Shown: positions 47,130 through 60,329 of the stretch, in pieces | Position numbering within the stretch: the stretch's first letter is position 1 | Layout of the letters: each line of letters starts with the position of its first letter | Source: Octopus bimaculoides | Lineage: Eukaryota | Direction of reading: 5' to 3' | DNA length: 64,000 bases | Assembly (NCBI RefSeq): GCF_001194135.2 | Contig: NC_068999.1 | Location: 27,930,806-27,994,805 of the forward strand | Position numbers and translations under genes: made by a program | The notes under the pieces: model-generated | Told to the model about the DNA's origin: nothing | Databases searched by the model: none | Seen by the model: only the letters and a program-made list of their open reading frames with translations

Positions 47130-50100
47130 TGACTGCCTTGACCTTCAGGGCAAATGGCCTCTCCTCTTCATCTACTCTTGATCAAGAGGAACATTTTTAA
47201 CAAAATTGCTGGGAGAGGGCACTTCCTCTCAACCCTCAATTTCCTTTTCAAGTGAAATTTGAAAAAGTTGATGAGCGTTTGGCCAAAGAGGAAAGTGTCT
47301 GTCTTTAGCCCTTTCAACCTGTTCCACAACACACTCTTTCATTAAGTCCACCAGACAAAGAAACACTGTCTGCCCTTCCCAGTCAAAGGAAGGTGGTGGA
47401 TCAATCTTCACAATGGACCCAGCCAATAGCACTGAATGGAAGTGTGCAGAACAGTTTCATTGCTCTGTTTTGTGCATCTTGGGAAAGCCCAGGTGATGGC
47501 ACTTTATGCCTGTAGAGTTTATCCTGAAATGGCAATGCCCCTTGGTAGCACTGCCAGGCCAAGGATTTCTAAAAGTTATCCATTGGCCCTGGTATATAAA
47601 TCTTTTGGAACTGACTACCCAGTTGATTCTTGTCAATGCCCAAAGTCTCCCTGAAAATGTCATTGCACTTACCTGCCACTAACCCTCTATAGAACACCAG
47701 TGGCACTTCCAGCAAATGCATTGCCCAACTGACAGAGGATTGTGAGCACCTGATGACACTAGATATCAGGTGCCCTACTTTAGTCTATTCTCAATCTAGG
47801 ATTGCAGCTCAATCAAAGAGACAAGTTGTGGAAAATTCTGTCTGACAAATGGCAACCACACCTGCTCACCATCTAGGAAGCAGTGGTAATATATGACAGA
47901 GGTAATGTAAACATTTGCCTCCTCTGCCTAACCTTTCAGGGATAGCTTTCTCTTAGCCCATTTCTGGGTGAGATTGACCATCCTGCTTGGCAATTTGTCC
48001 CAGTTCTTCTTCACCTGGAGGCCAGATGAAATTAAACCCCTCTGTCCAGTCCCACACAACATTATTGGACAGTATGAACTTGTTTTCCCAGGTGTTGAGT
48101 TGCAGGCCCACTGACTTTTCTTGGCTAATTTTTGCTTGTCACTGCATTGTATTCTTTTAGAGCAATGCAAACGAAGTCTATATGCCTTGTGTTTGACACT
48201 ATGATGGTGACATCTGTGTATACTGACATGGTTCTCTCATGTCCAAGTTCACATGGGATAACTCTCAACCCCTTGAATTTCTGCAGTAGTGGTTCTAGAG
48301 CCAATACATACAGAAGAGGTGAGAATAAACACCCTTGACAAACCAAACACTTGATGCTGAATGGTTCCAATAGGCAACCATTCATCTGAACTACCATGTA
48401 GATGTCACTGTACATTGCAGCAATTCAGCCACAGAAAATGGGACCAAAACCAATCACCAAATATTGGTGGTCAATCCTATCAAAGGATTTTGATTGATCC
48501 AAATTAATCAGGGCTTTACTCATGCCAGTTTCTTTACCCACTCTGTCTATGATGTATTGTATGAGGTGGAGGCTGTTGTGGATGGATCTGCTTGGGATTG
48601 TGCATGTTTGCACATCACCAATCAGTATCTTGACAACAAGCAGCATTATGGGCCTAAAATTTTCTATTTCATCCTCCTTCTTTTGAATCCTTGCTCAGCA
48701 GTGCCATTGCTCCTTGACTCAAAGAATTAGAAATTCTCCTGTGCTGCTGTTAGTTGCATTTGCTAACTGCCAAACAAGTCTGGCATTAAAAGCAAAGCTC
48801 ATTAGGCAGACCATCCATTGAAGTCCAACCTGCATTCTGGACTGCCATGTCCCAAACAGTTGGATGAAGTGCAGTTGAAATTCCACACATATCTTCTTGG
48901 GCTTGAGTACTGTGTGCCCATTTTAGCCCACCAAAACCTGAATTATGGCTTTGTGGCCATGTTGTGCTTCTGACTTTAGAGCCCATTCAGCAGCTTATAT
49001 CCTTCTTGTCTTAGAACAAGCACCTTAGCTCTGACAATGCAACCTTCATATTTAGCATTGAAGAATTCGCCAAGGGCCAATCTCACCACCATCACACTGG
49101 TTGCAATACCTTTCCTAAACATCTCTCCTAAGTTTCATACCCCTTCTATTTTATTTCTTTCTATCACTAATGTCTTACTAAACCTAACTGATTCTACTCT
49201 AATTGCCCTTTTCAGGGCAAACCATCATTTGTTGTCGACAACTGCTCCTGTAAACACCTGTTTAACTAATACTCTAGTATAGTCTTTGTAAGTTTGGCAC
49301 ACTTGGAATGACATGTTCAGCTTCTAGTAATTTGAGGTCTGTGTAGATGGGTCCTGGAAGATAGTCCTGATCTTGAGATACAAACTTTTCCATAACAACA
49401 CTGCAGTTCCACTCCAGCATTCCTGATTGACATGGAGATAAATGGATCTCATATCCACCAAAAATGGGCATGACTGCTCATCAGTCAGAGAGTCTGGTTT
49501 CACTGATAGCCACTACATCTACAATGAGTAGCTTGAGGTCATCGAGAAGATGGCTTTGTTTCCAAGGTGACCACAGGCCACATGCATTGATACTGCTTAT
49601 TCTGAGGAAGGCCATGTTAGATTAAGGAATAGATGGGGAAAAGGTTACTTACAGTGATTTTGTTGGGGAGATGGGGATAGGTGTTCTGTCTCCATGGCTA
49701 TATGTGGATGTCTCAACAAGTACTTTATACAGTCTTTTGTTGATATTTCACCTGAAAGCCCCTATTTCATCAGGGTATTTAGTTTTTATGGTGCTGTAAG
49801 TGTTTTTTAATGTTAGGATGAATTTTATGTGTTGAAATGTTGTTTGTTGGTGTGATAAAATCAGTTTGGGCAATGTCTATATGGCTGTATATATGTTCCA
49901 TCAGTTCTTTATTGCTCATGTTAATTGTTTTGTAGTTTATGATGTTTTAATTTTGCTGGTGCTGGGATGTGTCATCTGAGAGTTGTGTGTGTGTGAATTG
50001 TGTTATGCTTGTAATAGTGGCAGTAATTGTAGTGAAGGATGATGTTGCTGATGGTACTGGTGTGGCTGCTGTTGGAGGTGGTAGTTGTGTTTTTCTCAAA

Positions 50101-51360
50101 TGTGTCTCCCTCTTTTGCTCCTACCTGCCAGTTGTGTTGGTGTTGAGGTGTTTTTATTTCTTTTTCTTTTGTTAAACCTGCTGACATTTTGCCATTTAGG
50201 CTCTCCATTGACCTCCTCATCACAGGATATGTCCAACTGGTCTGAACAAGGGAAGGGCATGTCTTGGGGAGATTCTGATGCTGTTGTTTTTGCTGCTGTC
50301 TGCAAGTGGAAGCCATAGATGTTGGTGTGTTTCTTCTACTGCTATTCTTGTTGCTGCTACTACTGTAGGTGCTGATGTAATTGCTGTTGCTGATGTTGTG
50401 GTGGTGGTGTCAGCAAAAGTGGGGGTTTCCCTTCTCTCTTTTATTGTGAGCAAAAGACCTGCAGATGATTTGTATCTCCATACAGGTGACACCTCAGCTT
50501 TCTGCCCTCAACAGCCATATGGAGGTCTGGGGGTGCTTCTAGACATTGTTATACATCTGCACCCACAACTCCATGCTTTGTTCCAACTAAATTTTGCTTT
50601 TGCAGCTTCTGCACCTGCAGGATATTTGTTTGTCCTCTATGTCCAGGGGGACAGCTGCCACCAACAAATAGATGTCGATTTCTGGTGGTATGTCTTGGTT
50701 TTTATTTTTGCCACTCATCAACCCAGGTATATGGGTACCAGAAACAGGTTTTCATTTTTTAAGCTCAAAGTGGAATGTTTCCTTGCCTCCTTCTCTGTGG
50801 CAAATCTCACCTCCACAATACCATATCACTTCTCTCTTGCAATGTAAGTTTTTATGTCCCACAGTGGACACTTTCCAATTTCTTGCTGCATCATTTATTC
50901 TAATTTATAACTTTTTACACCTATTATTTTGTACATAATTGTTTTTCTCAGTGAGTCCAGTACAATGACACCAGGATTGTTAACAGTAACCTTTCTTCCA
51001 TTTCTTTTTAAAATGCTTTTTGCACCTGTTAAATCGTTCATCAACAGATTTACATTTTATCGTGTTTGACACACTGCAGCTGTGAAACTGGTTTTGTTGT
51101 TTTCAGCAACTGTGCTGGCATTAACAGAGTGGTGACAGTGGAGGTTGAATTTGCAAGTGTTATATATGAAGAATTTGTTTTTTCTTTTTTATGTTATTCT
51201 TCTTTGTTGTTGCTGTGGTTGGCTTTATGTGATGGTGGTGGCAGTACTGGTGCTTTTGTTTTCACAGGCTTTTTCTTTTATATTTTTGCCAATGTTACTG
51301 TTGTTGATTCTGCTGCTGCTATCTCTTTTCATAAGATTAACTGCGTAAACTAATTTTGCC
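47130..51360 (-). mobile_element. Near full-length degenerate Tx1/L1-like LINE (ORF1, APE, RT)
   Basis: RT: CQGCLFSPLLYVLALEPL, LINLDQSKSFDRIDHQYL. EN start at about 49500-49620 (..INACGL..DVVAISETR). Low-complexity ORF1 remnant at about 49970-51350. Confidence 0.85.
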
Positions 51361-51611
51361 TTCAAAACTACCTCCCACCATCCTCTCTTCTCCATTTGGC
51401 AAAGAAGACAGCGCCATATTGAATTTTTTTAACAGTTTTTTAATGAGAAAATCTTTCAGATAACAATAACTTTTGTTCAGAATGTTAAAGTCTGCTCAAA
51501 ATATGAACTATAGAACAAAAAAGGAAACAAAATAGACTTATAACAATGAAATCAAGTCACTAACTCACTGAGTGCTTGTGATTTGTCTAGTCCTGGTGGT
51601 AAACAACAACA

Positions 51612-51652
<41 letters not shown>

Positions 51653-51654
51653 TG

Positions 51655-52710
51655 ATGCCCAGATGCAGTACCAGGCAGTGGTTCTAATGGCTTCTGATCT
51701 TTGTCTTGGTATAAAAAGATGGGCTACAGCAAATATTCTGCTTAATACCACAGATTTGCTTGTCAGTTGTTTGACTTTAACCAGTTGAGCATATCCCCTG
51801 GTGGCTGATGATATGTGCATCTCTGATCATGAGCAGAAGTAGTGGGGGAGCATTATAGCCATGTGTTGAGAGGAATTCTTTGGAATTTGAATAATTCACC
51901 TTTGGAAACATGTGTGTTTTGCTCAACATCCTTGAACAAACCTTATTCAGGGACCTTTTGAGCAGGATGGGCTACTCGACCTGAAGAAAATTCTAACTGG
52001 GCCCCACCTGCGAGGTCATGCGCTGTTTATCTTGATATGAGATCACCATGTCGTGTACATATGGTTGTGATGCATGTGCCTGGTGTACCCTTATCAAACG
52101 GGTAGTCATGATGGGTATAATGGGCTTCGTATATTTTACCCCAGTGTCACTTTGATGGCATGCACTGCTCTCTCACTCAATAATAATAATAATAGCACAT
52201 CTTTTATACACGTCTAGGTATAAAAGATGGGCTACAGTAAATATTCTGCTCAGTACCACAAATTTGCTTGTCAGTTGCTTGATCTTAACCAGTTGAGCAT
52301 GTCCCTTAGTGGCTGACAATATGTGCATCTCTGATCATGAGCAGAAGTAGTGGGGGAGCATCATAGTCATGTGTTGAGAAGAACTCTTTGGGGTTTGGAT
52401 AATTCACCTTTGGGAACATGGGTATTTCGTTCGACATCCTCAAACAACCTTTATTCAAGGACTTTTTGAGTGGGATGAGCTACTTGACCCGAAGAAAATT
52501 CTAACTGGGCTCCACCTGCAAGGTCATGCGTTGTTTATCTTGATATGAGACCACTATGTCTCGCACATATGGTTGTGATGCATGTGCCTAGTGTATCCTT
52601 ATCAGACAGGTAGTCATGATGGGTATACTGGGCTTCGTATATTTTACCCCAGTGTCACTTTGATGGCATGCCCGGCTCTCTCACTCAATAATAATAATAA
52701 TAATAATTTC
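51655..52710 (+). repeat. Two tandem copies of a ~500-bp (AAT)n-tailed interspersed repeat
   Basis: About 51660-52195 and 52215-52710 are homologous to each other and to 45085-45605. Confidence 0.85.
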
Positions 52711-52714
52711 CTTT

Positions 52715-54795
52715 ATTTGCCACTCTTGCCAGTTTTGCAGCTTTCACCCACCATTCAATAAGTTCACTTGAGGACAGCACCTCCTTCTCCACCTCCAATT
52801 TCCTTTTCAAGTGAAAGTTGAAAAAGTCAATGACAGATCTACCAAAGAGGAATGTCTCTATCCTCATGCTTTTCAACCTCATCTACCAGACAACCTCTTT
52901 TGTCACCAATACCAGGCAAAGGAAAACTGCTTTATCTAAATAAATGGTTTTGTTGCTCTGCACACACCTTGGACAAGCACATCTGTGCCTGTAGAGTTTA
53001 TCTTTAACTGGTAGCAGTCCCCAATAGAACATGGATACATGGAAATTATCCACAGTAGCCCCTAACTGGAAAGTCCTCCAGAACAGACTGGCCAGTTCAT
53101 TTTTGTTGATAACCAGTATCTCTTCAAGATGTCATTGCACTTACCTGCCACTTATCCTTTATATATTGCTGAAGTGGAACATTCACTGATCCCATTACCT
53201 GACAGGTAGAGGACTGTGAGCACCTGATGACATCCTAGGTGCCAGGTGCCTAGTCTTGGTGTATCCTTCACTAAGGACTGCAATTCCATCAAAGAGACAA
53301 GGCATACCTGTGCATCAGAAACCATGGCATGCCTAAGCCACCATGTTAAGGGAGCTGACAGTAGACTGACCACTGGAACATGGCCCTTCCACAAGAGAAT
53401 AAATAAGAGATGCACCAGCCTGATCAAGCAGTAACTGAGGCAAGGCAGGATGGTCGGGTGATAAATGATGATGGAGGTGATGGAGGCATTCACCACCTCT
53501 GCCAAACCTTTTAGGGACAGCTTCCACTCTGCCCATTTCTAGGTAAGACTGATCAATCTGTTTGTCACCTTGTCTCAGTTCTTATCCACCTGCAGGGCAG
53601 AACTGAACCATACCTCAAACAGTTTAATTGGTCTGTCTGTCAGTCCAGTGTCTGATGACGCTGTCCAACAGCATTGACCCATGTCTCCAGGTGCCCAGTT
53701 GCAAGCCCACCAACTTGTCAGCATTGATTTTGGCCCCTGCAATTCACTCGTTTTCCTTTAGAATGGAGCTGACCATCTCCACTTCGGAGACATCTGACAC
53801 CATGATGGTGACATCATCTGCATATGCTGATACAACCCTCCTATGTCTCAGTTTGAAAGGGATGCCCCTCAACTGTCCCACTTTCACAGCAGTGTCTTGA
53901 AAGCCAGCATGTACAGAGGAAGTGACAGCAGACCAAGCATTCAGTGCAAAATGGTTCTGATAGGCAGCTCTTTACTTTGGTCACTGAGAAGGTGCCACTG
54001 TGCATTCTTGTGATTCAGCCTCTGAAAATGGGTCTGAAACTGGCTGCTTTCAGGATGGCTTCTAAGTAGTGATGGTCAACCTTATAAAATGCTTTTGATT
54101 GATCCAAATTGATCAGGGCCTGACCAAATCCAGCTTTAGTCCCAGCCCTCTCTATGATATGTCACATAAGGTGGAGGTTGTCATGGATAGACCTATTTCG
54201 GATTGCACACATTTGTACTTCTCCAGCCATACTACTGATCCGATGGCAAGTACCAACCTTTTTGCTAACACTGTGGCCAAAATTTTAAATTCTGTGTATA
54301 ACAGAGTTATGGGCCAAAACTTTCTCAGACCATCCCCATTGTTGGTGTCCTTTCTCAGCAGTGTTACCACACCCTAGCTAACAGGACTAGGAATTCTCCT
54401 GTTTTGCTGCCAGTTGCGGTAGACATCAGCCAAGAGGCAGCCAAAAAGATTTGGCATGAACACTTAGAATTTATAAGGCAGACCATCCAAACAGGGTGAT
54501 TTGCAACTTGTGCAATTACTCATCACCTCCCATATTTCAGTGGCCATTATTGACTTTTTGCAGAACCCCATGTCTGCTGCTAAGAGCCATAGCAGGCTGT
54601 CCAGGTACAAACTAAAGTTTGCTATTGTTGTTGACCCATTGGTCTCTACAAACAGCCATGCAAAGTGCTGCTGGAAAGCTGTGTACATCTGCCTGTATCC
54701 AAGTACCATGTACCCATCATCACCCATCAAAGACCTGATCATCATCTTCTCCCCATCGTTCAGGCCCATTGGACAGCTTCTCTCATTTTTTTAAA
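52715..54795 (-). mobile_element. Second Tx1/L1-like copy (RT region)
   Basis: VTLLRKD..FWPITLLYTEFKILATVLAKRL and KSPCLDGLPYKF. Its 3' region matches about 47215-47400. Confidence 0.85.
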
Positions 54796-55484
54796 CAATT
54801 TTTCTGGCCAGTTTTAAATCTTCTTTATTGATGGGGAAATCTTTTAGAGTTCATGTAGTGCTAACAAAAGAAATCCCCTTTCCAGCATCTCTTGTGGCTG
54901 TAATGGCTTTAGTGGAGGCAGTGGTGGTGGTAACAGAGGTGGTGATGGCAGAGTTGGCATTTCTTTTAAAGTTTTCTTTGTTTTTCTTTTCATCTTATAT
55001 TTGTTGTTGTTACTGGTATTGTTGAATGTGTTGTTGAACTGTTCATTTGCATAACTGTCAAATATTTTGAAGCTGCAAGCAAAAATCTATTTCCTTCTGT
55101 GTTTGTTTTCACTGGCATGGTGGTGATATCATTTATTGTATTCAATGCTGCATCTGTATTATCTTGCTTTTGGGACAAGGAATGTATCTTGTCATCAAAC
55201 ATTATCATTAGTTCTTTCTCTGCCACATTTCAAAATATTTGGAAAACAGCAAAATATTTGCTTTTCCCAGATAGTTCAAGAAAGTTTAAAAATATTGATG
55301 TGTACCCCCTGCAAAACATGGGGTGTCTCTAAACAGATGTACTACCAGGACAGTCCAAGCAATGTTAGAAACAAAGCTGTAGAAATTAAAACAAATAAAT
55401 GGATCCTTAACAGGCCAAAAAGATTGAAAACATTTGTGTGACATACAGAACTCCAAGTTATCATGTCTTTCCAGTATAGCAGCC

Positions 55485-55529
<45 letters not shown>

Positions 55530-55530
<1 letters not shown>

Positions 55531-55650
55531 TGATAAGGGAAGGAGGCTATCCAATTGCATAAACCCTAGTGTTCAACTGGTACTTATTTTATCAACCCTG
55601 GAAGGATGAAAGACAAGGTCGACTGCAATGAAATTTGAACTCAGTTGGTG
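55530..55650 (-). mobile_element. Family C SINE fragment
   Basis: CAACTGGTACTTATTTTATCAACCCTGGAAGGATGAAAGAC CORE-like segment. Confidence 0.65.
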
Positions 55651-56299
55651 CATACTTGTATATAAGTGTCCTGTGGGTCTATATCTATTCACTCGTTTCT
55701 GTGTATGTATGTGTGTGTCTATATACATGTGTGTGTGCATGTACACACACACACATATATATATATATATAAATAAATAAATACCTTGTCTGTGTATGTG
55801 TGTCCTCAATGCACACTCAAACCTCTGTATCAATCTGTACCATACTTGGGGTACATGAATAATTTGACCGTGGAAAGAATAATACGGTCTTGATATTTTT
55901 TTTTTTTATTAAAAATAAATAATATTGCTCTATATATAAAGATTCACTTCTTCAAATCGTTTTCTCAATTTCCTGTCTTTGGCATCCTAACCAGCTATTT
56001 ACACACACACACACTTATGTATACATCATTACAGTTGTGACAATTTCTGATAAAAAAGAATTTCTAAAAGTACTTTTGTGTCAGAAAAAAAATTTCATAT
56101 TTTCTCAATTAATTAAAAGAGGTACTGTATATTGTACATTGATTTTCCAATACATATTTTGGACATTTTTGGAACAAGTTGCCTTATCAAGACTTGATAT
56201 TTCACATTTAAATCCCATGTGATTATTCTTGGTGCAATTCGACTTACTAACACTTTCATGTATCTGTTTTGTCAATGTCAACGTAGTAACTAAGTAACC

Positions 56300-57203
56300 A
56301 GCTATTTACACACACACATATGTATACATCATTACAGTTGTGATGATTTCAGATAAAAAAGAATTTCTAAAGTTACTTTGATTTTTTTTATAGTCTTCTC
56401 CAGCTTTCTAGGTGAGTGCATGTGTGTCTGTGTGAGAGAAAAAAAAATTCAAATGGAGATTTCATTTAATTGATCACTTGTCAACAGGGCATAACTACAG
56501 ATTTCTCCTGCCCTGCCACCGACTTTGGATGATCTTAACTTTCAGAAAAATGGATTTTTTTAAATGAAATTTTCTAAGAATATGTGTTATACCTTGTAGG
56601 TTTTGAATACACCAAATTGTTGAGGGAAAATGTTTTAGGAGGGGTGGGGAAGGATTTTCATAAAATTCACTGGAGTTCACTTCAATTCACTTAACTTTCA
56701 GGAAAATGGATATTTTTTAATGAAATTGCCTACAAATATACATTGGACAATGTAGATTCTGAGCATATAGGAATTTTTGGGCAAAACAATTGGGGGTTAT
56801 TTTTGAGAACTGTTCCTCAATCGGGTGTGTTTTGGAACAAGTCATCCATATTTGTTACATTTTCTCTGTTTTGTGTGTTTGTGCATCCGTAGATTTCTAT
56901 TGAAGCAACAGGCAATGATGGCAAATGAAGCCCTCAACAGAAACTCATGCTGAAAATAACAGCTAAATGTCTGGTACACAGATATATGTTATTAAGACAA
57001 CTTATCTGTTGCATATGATATTTTTTTCCACTTTAAATAAATTCCCAGGTAAACCGTTTTAACAGAAAGGCAGAAAACACCAGAAGCAAAAATAAGGAAT
57101 ATACATGCAGAGTTAAATATAGAAGTGTAAAGTGTAATTTGTTACATAATTTCTATAATAAATATAATAGTGAATGGAATAATTCCCTGTTTGAACTTTT
57201 TTC

Positions 57204-57240
<37 letters not shown>
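56300..57240 (-). mobile_element. Non-autonomous Helitron-family copy, inverted relative to 57453-59378
   Basis: About 56490-56895 is the reverse complement of about 57665-58215. Confidence 0.7.
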
Positions 57241-57246
<6 letters not shown>

Positions 57247-57452
57247 NNNNNNNNNNNNNNNNNNNNNNNNNNNNNNNNNNNNNNNNNNNNNNNNNNNNNN
57301 NNNNNNNNNNNNNNNNNNNNNNNNNNNNNNNNNNNNNNNNNNNNNNNNNNNNNNNNNNNNNNNNNNNNNNNNNNNNNNNNNNNNNNNNNNNNNNNNNNNN
57401 NNNNNNNNNNNNNNNNNNNNNNNNNNNNNNNNNNNNNNNNNNNNNNNNNNNN

Positions 57453-57488
<36 letters not shown>

Positions 57489-59378
57489 ACACTGAGAATA
57501 AGCATGCCATGCTTTTGTGCTTTTTTTTTTCTACGGATTCCGATCTTGTCTCCAACAGAGATTCTGAATGCAAAAAAAAATCTACTTTCAGACTTTTTAA
57601 TACACCCACTCCTTAACTTTTCAATTTTTTCCCCAAAATTTTACGACAAGGGTTATGAGTTATATATGGATGCACAAATGCACAAAATGGAGAAACTGAA
57701 ACAAATATGGATGTCTTATTCTGACCCCCCCCCCCGTGGGGAACAGTTCGCAAAAGTAACCCCCAATTGTTTTCCCCAAAAATCCCTATATGCTTGGAAT
57801 CTACATAGTCTGAGGTATATTTGTAGACAATTTCATTAGAAAAATATCCATTTTCCTGAAAGTTAAGACAAATAAAGTGGACTCTGGTGAATTTCCCGGA
57901 AATCCTCCCCACCCCCTCCTAAAACACTTTCCCTCCAAAATTTTGTATATTCGGAATCTACATGACATAGCACATATTCGTAGAAAATTTCATTAAAAAA
58001 TATCTATTTTCCTGAAAGTTAAGATGAATTGAAGTGAACTCCAGTGAATTTTACAAAAATCCTCTCCACTCCCTCCTAAAACACTTACCCGCCAAAATTT
58101 TGTATATTTGGAATCTACTTGATATAACACATATTTGTAGAAAATTTCATTAAAAGATGCCTATTTTTCAGAGAGTTATCATCCAAAGTTGGGGCGGGAG
58201 CAGAAAGCCTGTGGTGAGATGGTACCAACTGTCAATGATCTTAAAATGCATGTGCTCCCAACATTGCACAAAACTTTAGTAACAGTCAATGGCTCTGTGA
58301 GCGAGCCATCTTAGCTCCACGTAATGATGTTGTCAACAAAAATCAACTGGGATCTCTTGCAGATGTTGTCCAGATAAGAACAGTCTTTCAAATCTCTCGA
58401 CACTGCCATTGATCAGAACCAGGCTGTAGTTTTTCCAGCTGAGTTCCTGAACTCTCTACAGCCATCTGGGATGCTACCTCACCACTTAACACATAAAAAA
58501 GGGGTCCCAATCATGCTGCTCAAAAATCTGGATCCACCCCATCTGTGCAATGGCACCAAACTGATGGTGAAAGCGATGCAACCCCATGTCCAAGAGGCAA
58601 CAATTATGACTGGGAACTATAAGGGTGAGGATGTCATCATTCCATGAATCCTGTTAATCCCATATGACCTCCCCTTTGAATTTAAATGGATCCAGCTCCC
58701 AGTGAAACTAAGTTTCGCTATGTCAATAAACAAGTCTCAAGGACAGTCTGTCAAGGTTGTTGGACTTCACCTTGCTTCTCTCATGAGCAATTGTATGGAG
58801 GATGTTCGTGAGTTGGAAGTCCCCAAAACCTTTTCATTTATACACCAATTGAAGGACACACTCAAAACATCATATGTTTAGAAGCTCTGGATAATTAAAA
58901 TGCGATTGATTTCCAGATTTGTTTCAATACATTTGTTTATACTCTCATCATCTGATAGAATTTTTGTTAAATGTACTTATTAACAGGAGGGGAGTGCCCG
59001 CAGGTCAATTCTACTCAAATTTATGCATTTTCAGGTTCAACGTGTTTCAAATAAGTACAGACAATTGAAGGGAATTGCAAAAACAAAGAACTACCTGTTT
59101 TTTTTTTTAACAATTTCAACAGTGAGAACATTGGATAAAACATTACTGTTGAGAACTGCATAATCCATGTTTCATTTTACTTAGAGATTTAAAAGGCATA
59201 CTTAAATTTCATTATTTTCAATAACTTGGGAAACGTTGGGTTATTAACGTATAAAGTTGCTATCTCAGCTACGAGGACGTAAGACCTGCATAGTCTATGT
59301 TTCATGTTAGAGATCTAAAAGGCATTTTTCAATTTCATTATTTTCTTCAACCTGGGCAACGCCGGGTATTTCTGCTAG
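57453..59378 (+). mobile_element. Helitron with PIF1 helicase remnant, 157-bp tandem repeats and a canonical 3' end
   Basis: FPAEFLNSLQPSGMLPHHL..GVPIMLLKNLDPPHLCNGT..SFAMSINKSQGQS at about 58430-58820. Hairpin CCTGG-GCAACG-CCGGG at 59351-59366, followed by CTAG|T at 59375-59378. Confidence 0.9.
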
Positions 59379-59669
59379 TATGTTTATATACATGTAATTC
59401 TAGGACAACTATGAATGTTGTCTGTTTTTACTGTCTGCTATGAATTAATCTGACCCTGAAGAGATACAATATTCCCTAATTTATAATATGCATGAGTTGG
59501 TCTGGATATTGCATCGAAATAATAAAGTTTTTACAATGGGTCATCTTTTAGATCTTTTTAAAATTATTATACATACAAAAACTCACATGTGAGAATTTTG
59601 CTACGTTGATAACAGATACAATATCTTTACCAAATTTTGGTATAGATCTATAAATATATATATACTCTT

Positions 59670-60021
59670 TTCTTTTACTCTTTTATTTGTTTCAGTCATT
59701 TGACTGCGGCCATGCTGGAGCACCGCCTTTTAGTCAAGCAAATCGACCCCAGGACTTATTCTTTGGAAGCCTAGTACTTATTCTATCGATCTCTTTTGCC
59801 AAACCGCTAAGTTATGGGGACGTAAACACACCAGCATCGGTTGTCAAGCGATGTTGGGGGGGATAAACAGAGACACAAACATATACACACACATACATAT
59901 ATGACGGGCTTCTTTCAGTTTCCGTCTACCAAATCCACTGACAAGGCTTTGGTCGGCCCGAGGCTATAGTAGAAGACACTTGCCCAAGGTGCCACGTAGT
60001 GGGAATGAACCCGGAACCATG
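59670..60021 (-). mobile_element. Family B SINE
   Basis: Reverse complement of 41764-42185. Confidence 0.88.
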
Positions 60022-60241
60022 NNNNNNNNNNNNNNNNNNNNNNNNNNNNNNNNNNNNNNNNNNNNNNNNNNNNNNNNNNNNNNNNNNNNNNNNNNNNNNN
60101 NNNNNNNNNNNNNNNNNNNNNNNNNNNNNNNNNNNNNNNNNNNNNNNNNNNNNNNNNNNNNNNNNNNNNNNNNNNNNNNNNNNNNNNNNNNNNNNNNNNN
60201 NNNNNNNNNNNNNNNNNNNNNNNNNNNNNNNNNNNNNNNNN

Positions 60242-60282
<41 letters not shown>

Positions 60283-60329
60283 TATATACATATATGTATA
60301 TATATGCACACACACACACACACACATCT

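Noticed and set aside
49969-51353. Several long overlapping low-complexity ORFs on both strands
   Set aside because: They are explained by the decayed ORF1 and 5' region of the Tx1-like LINE.
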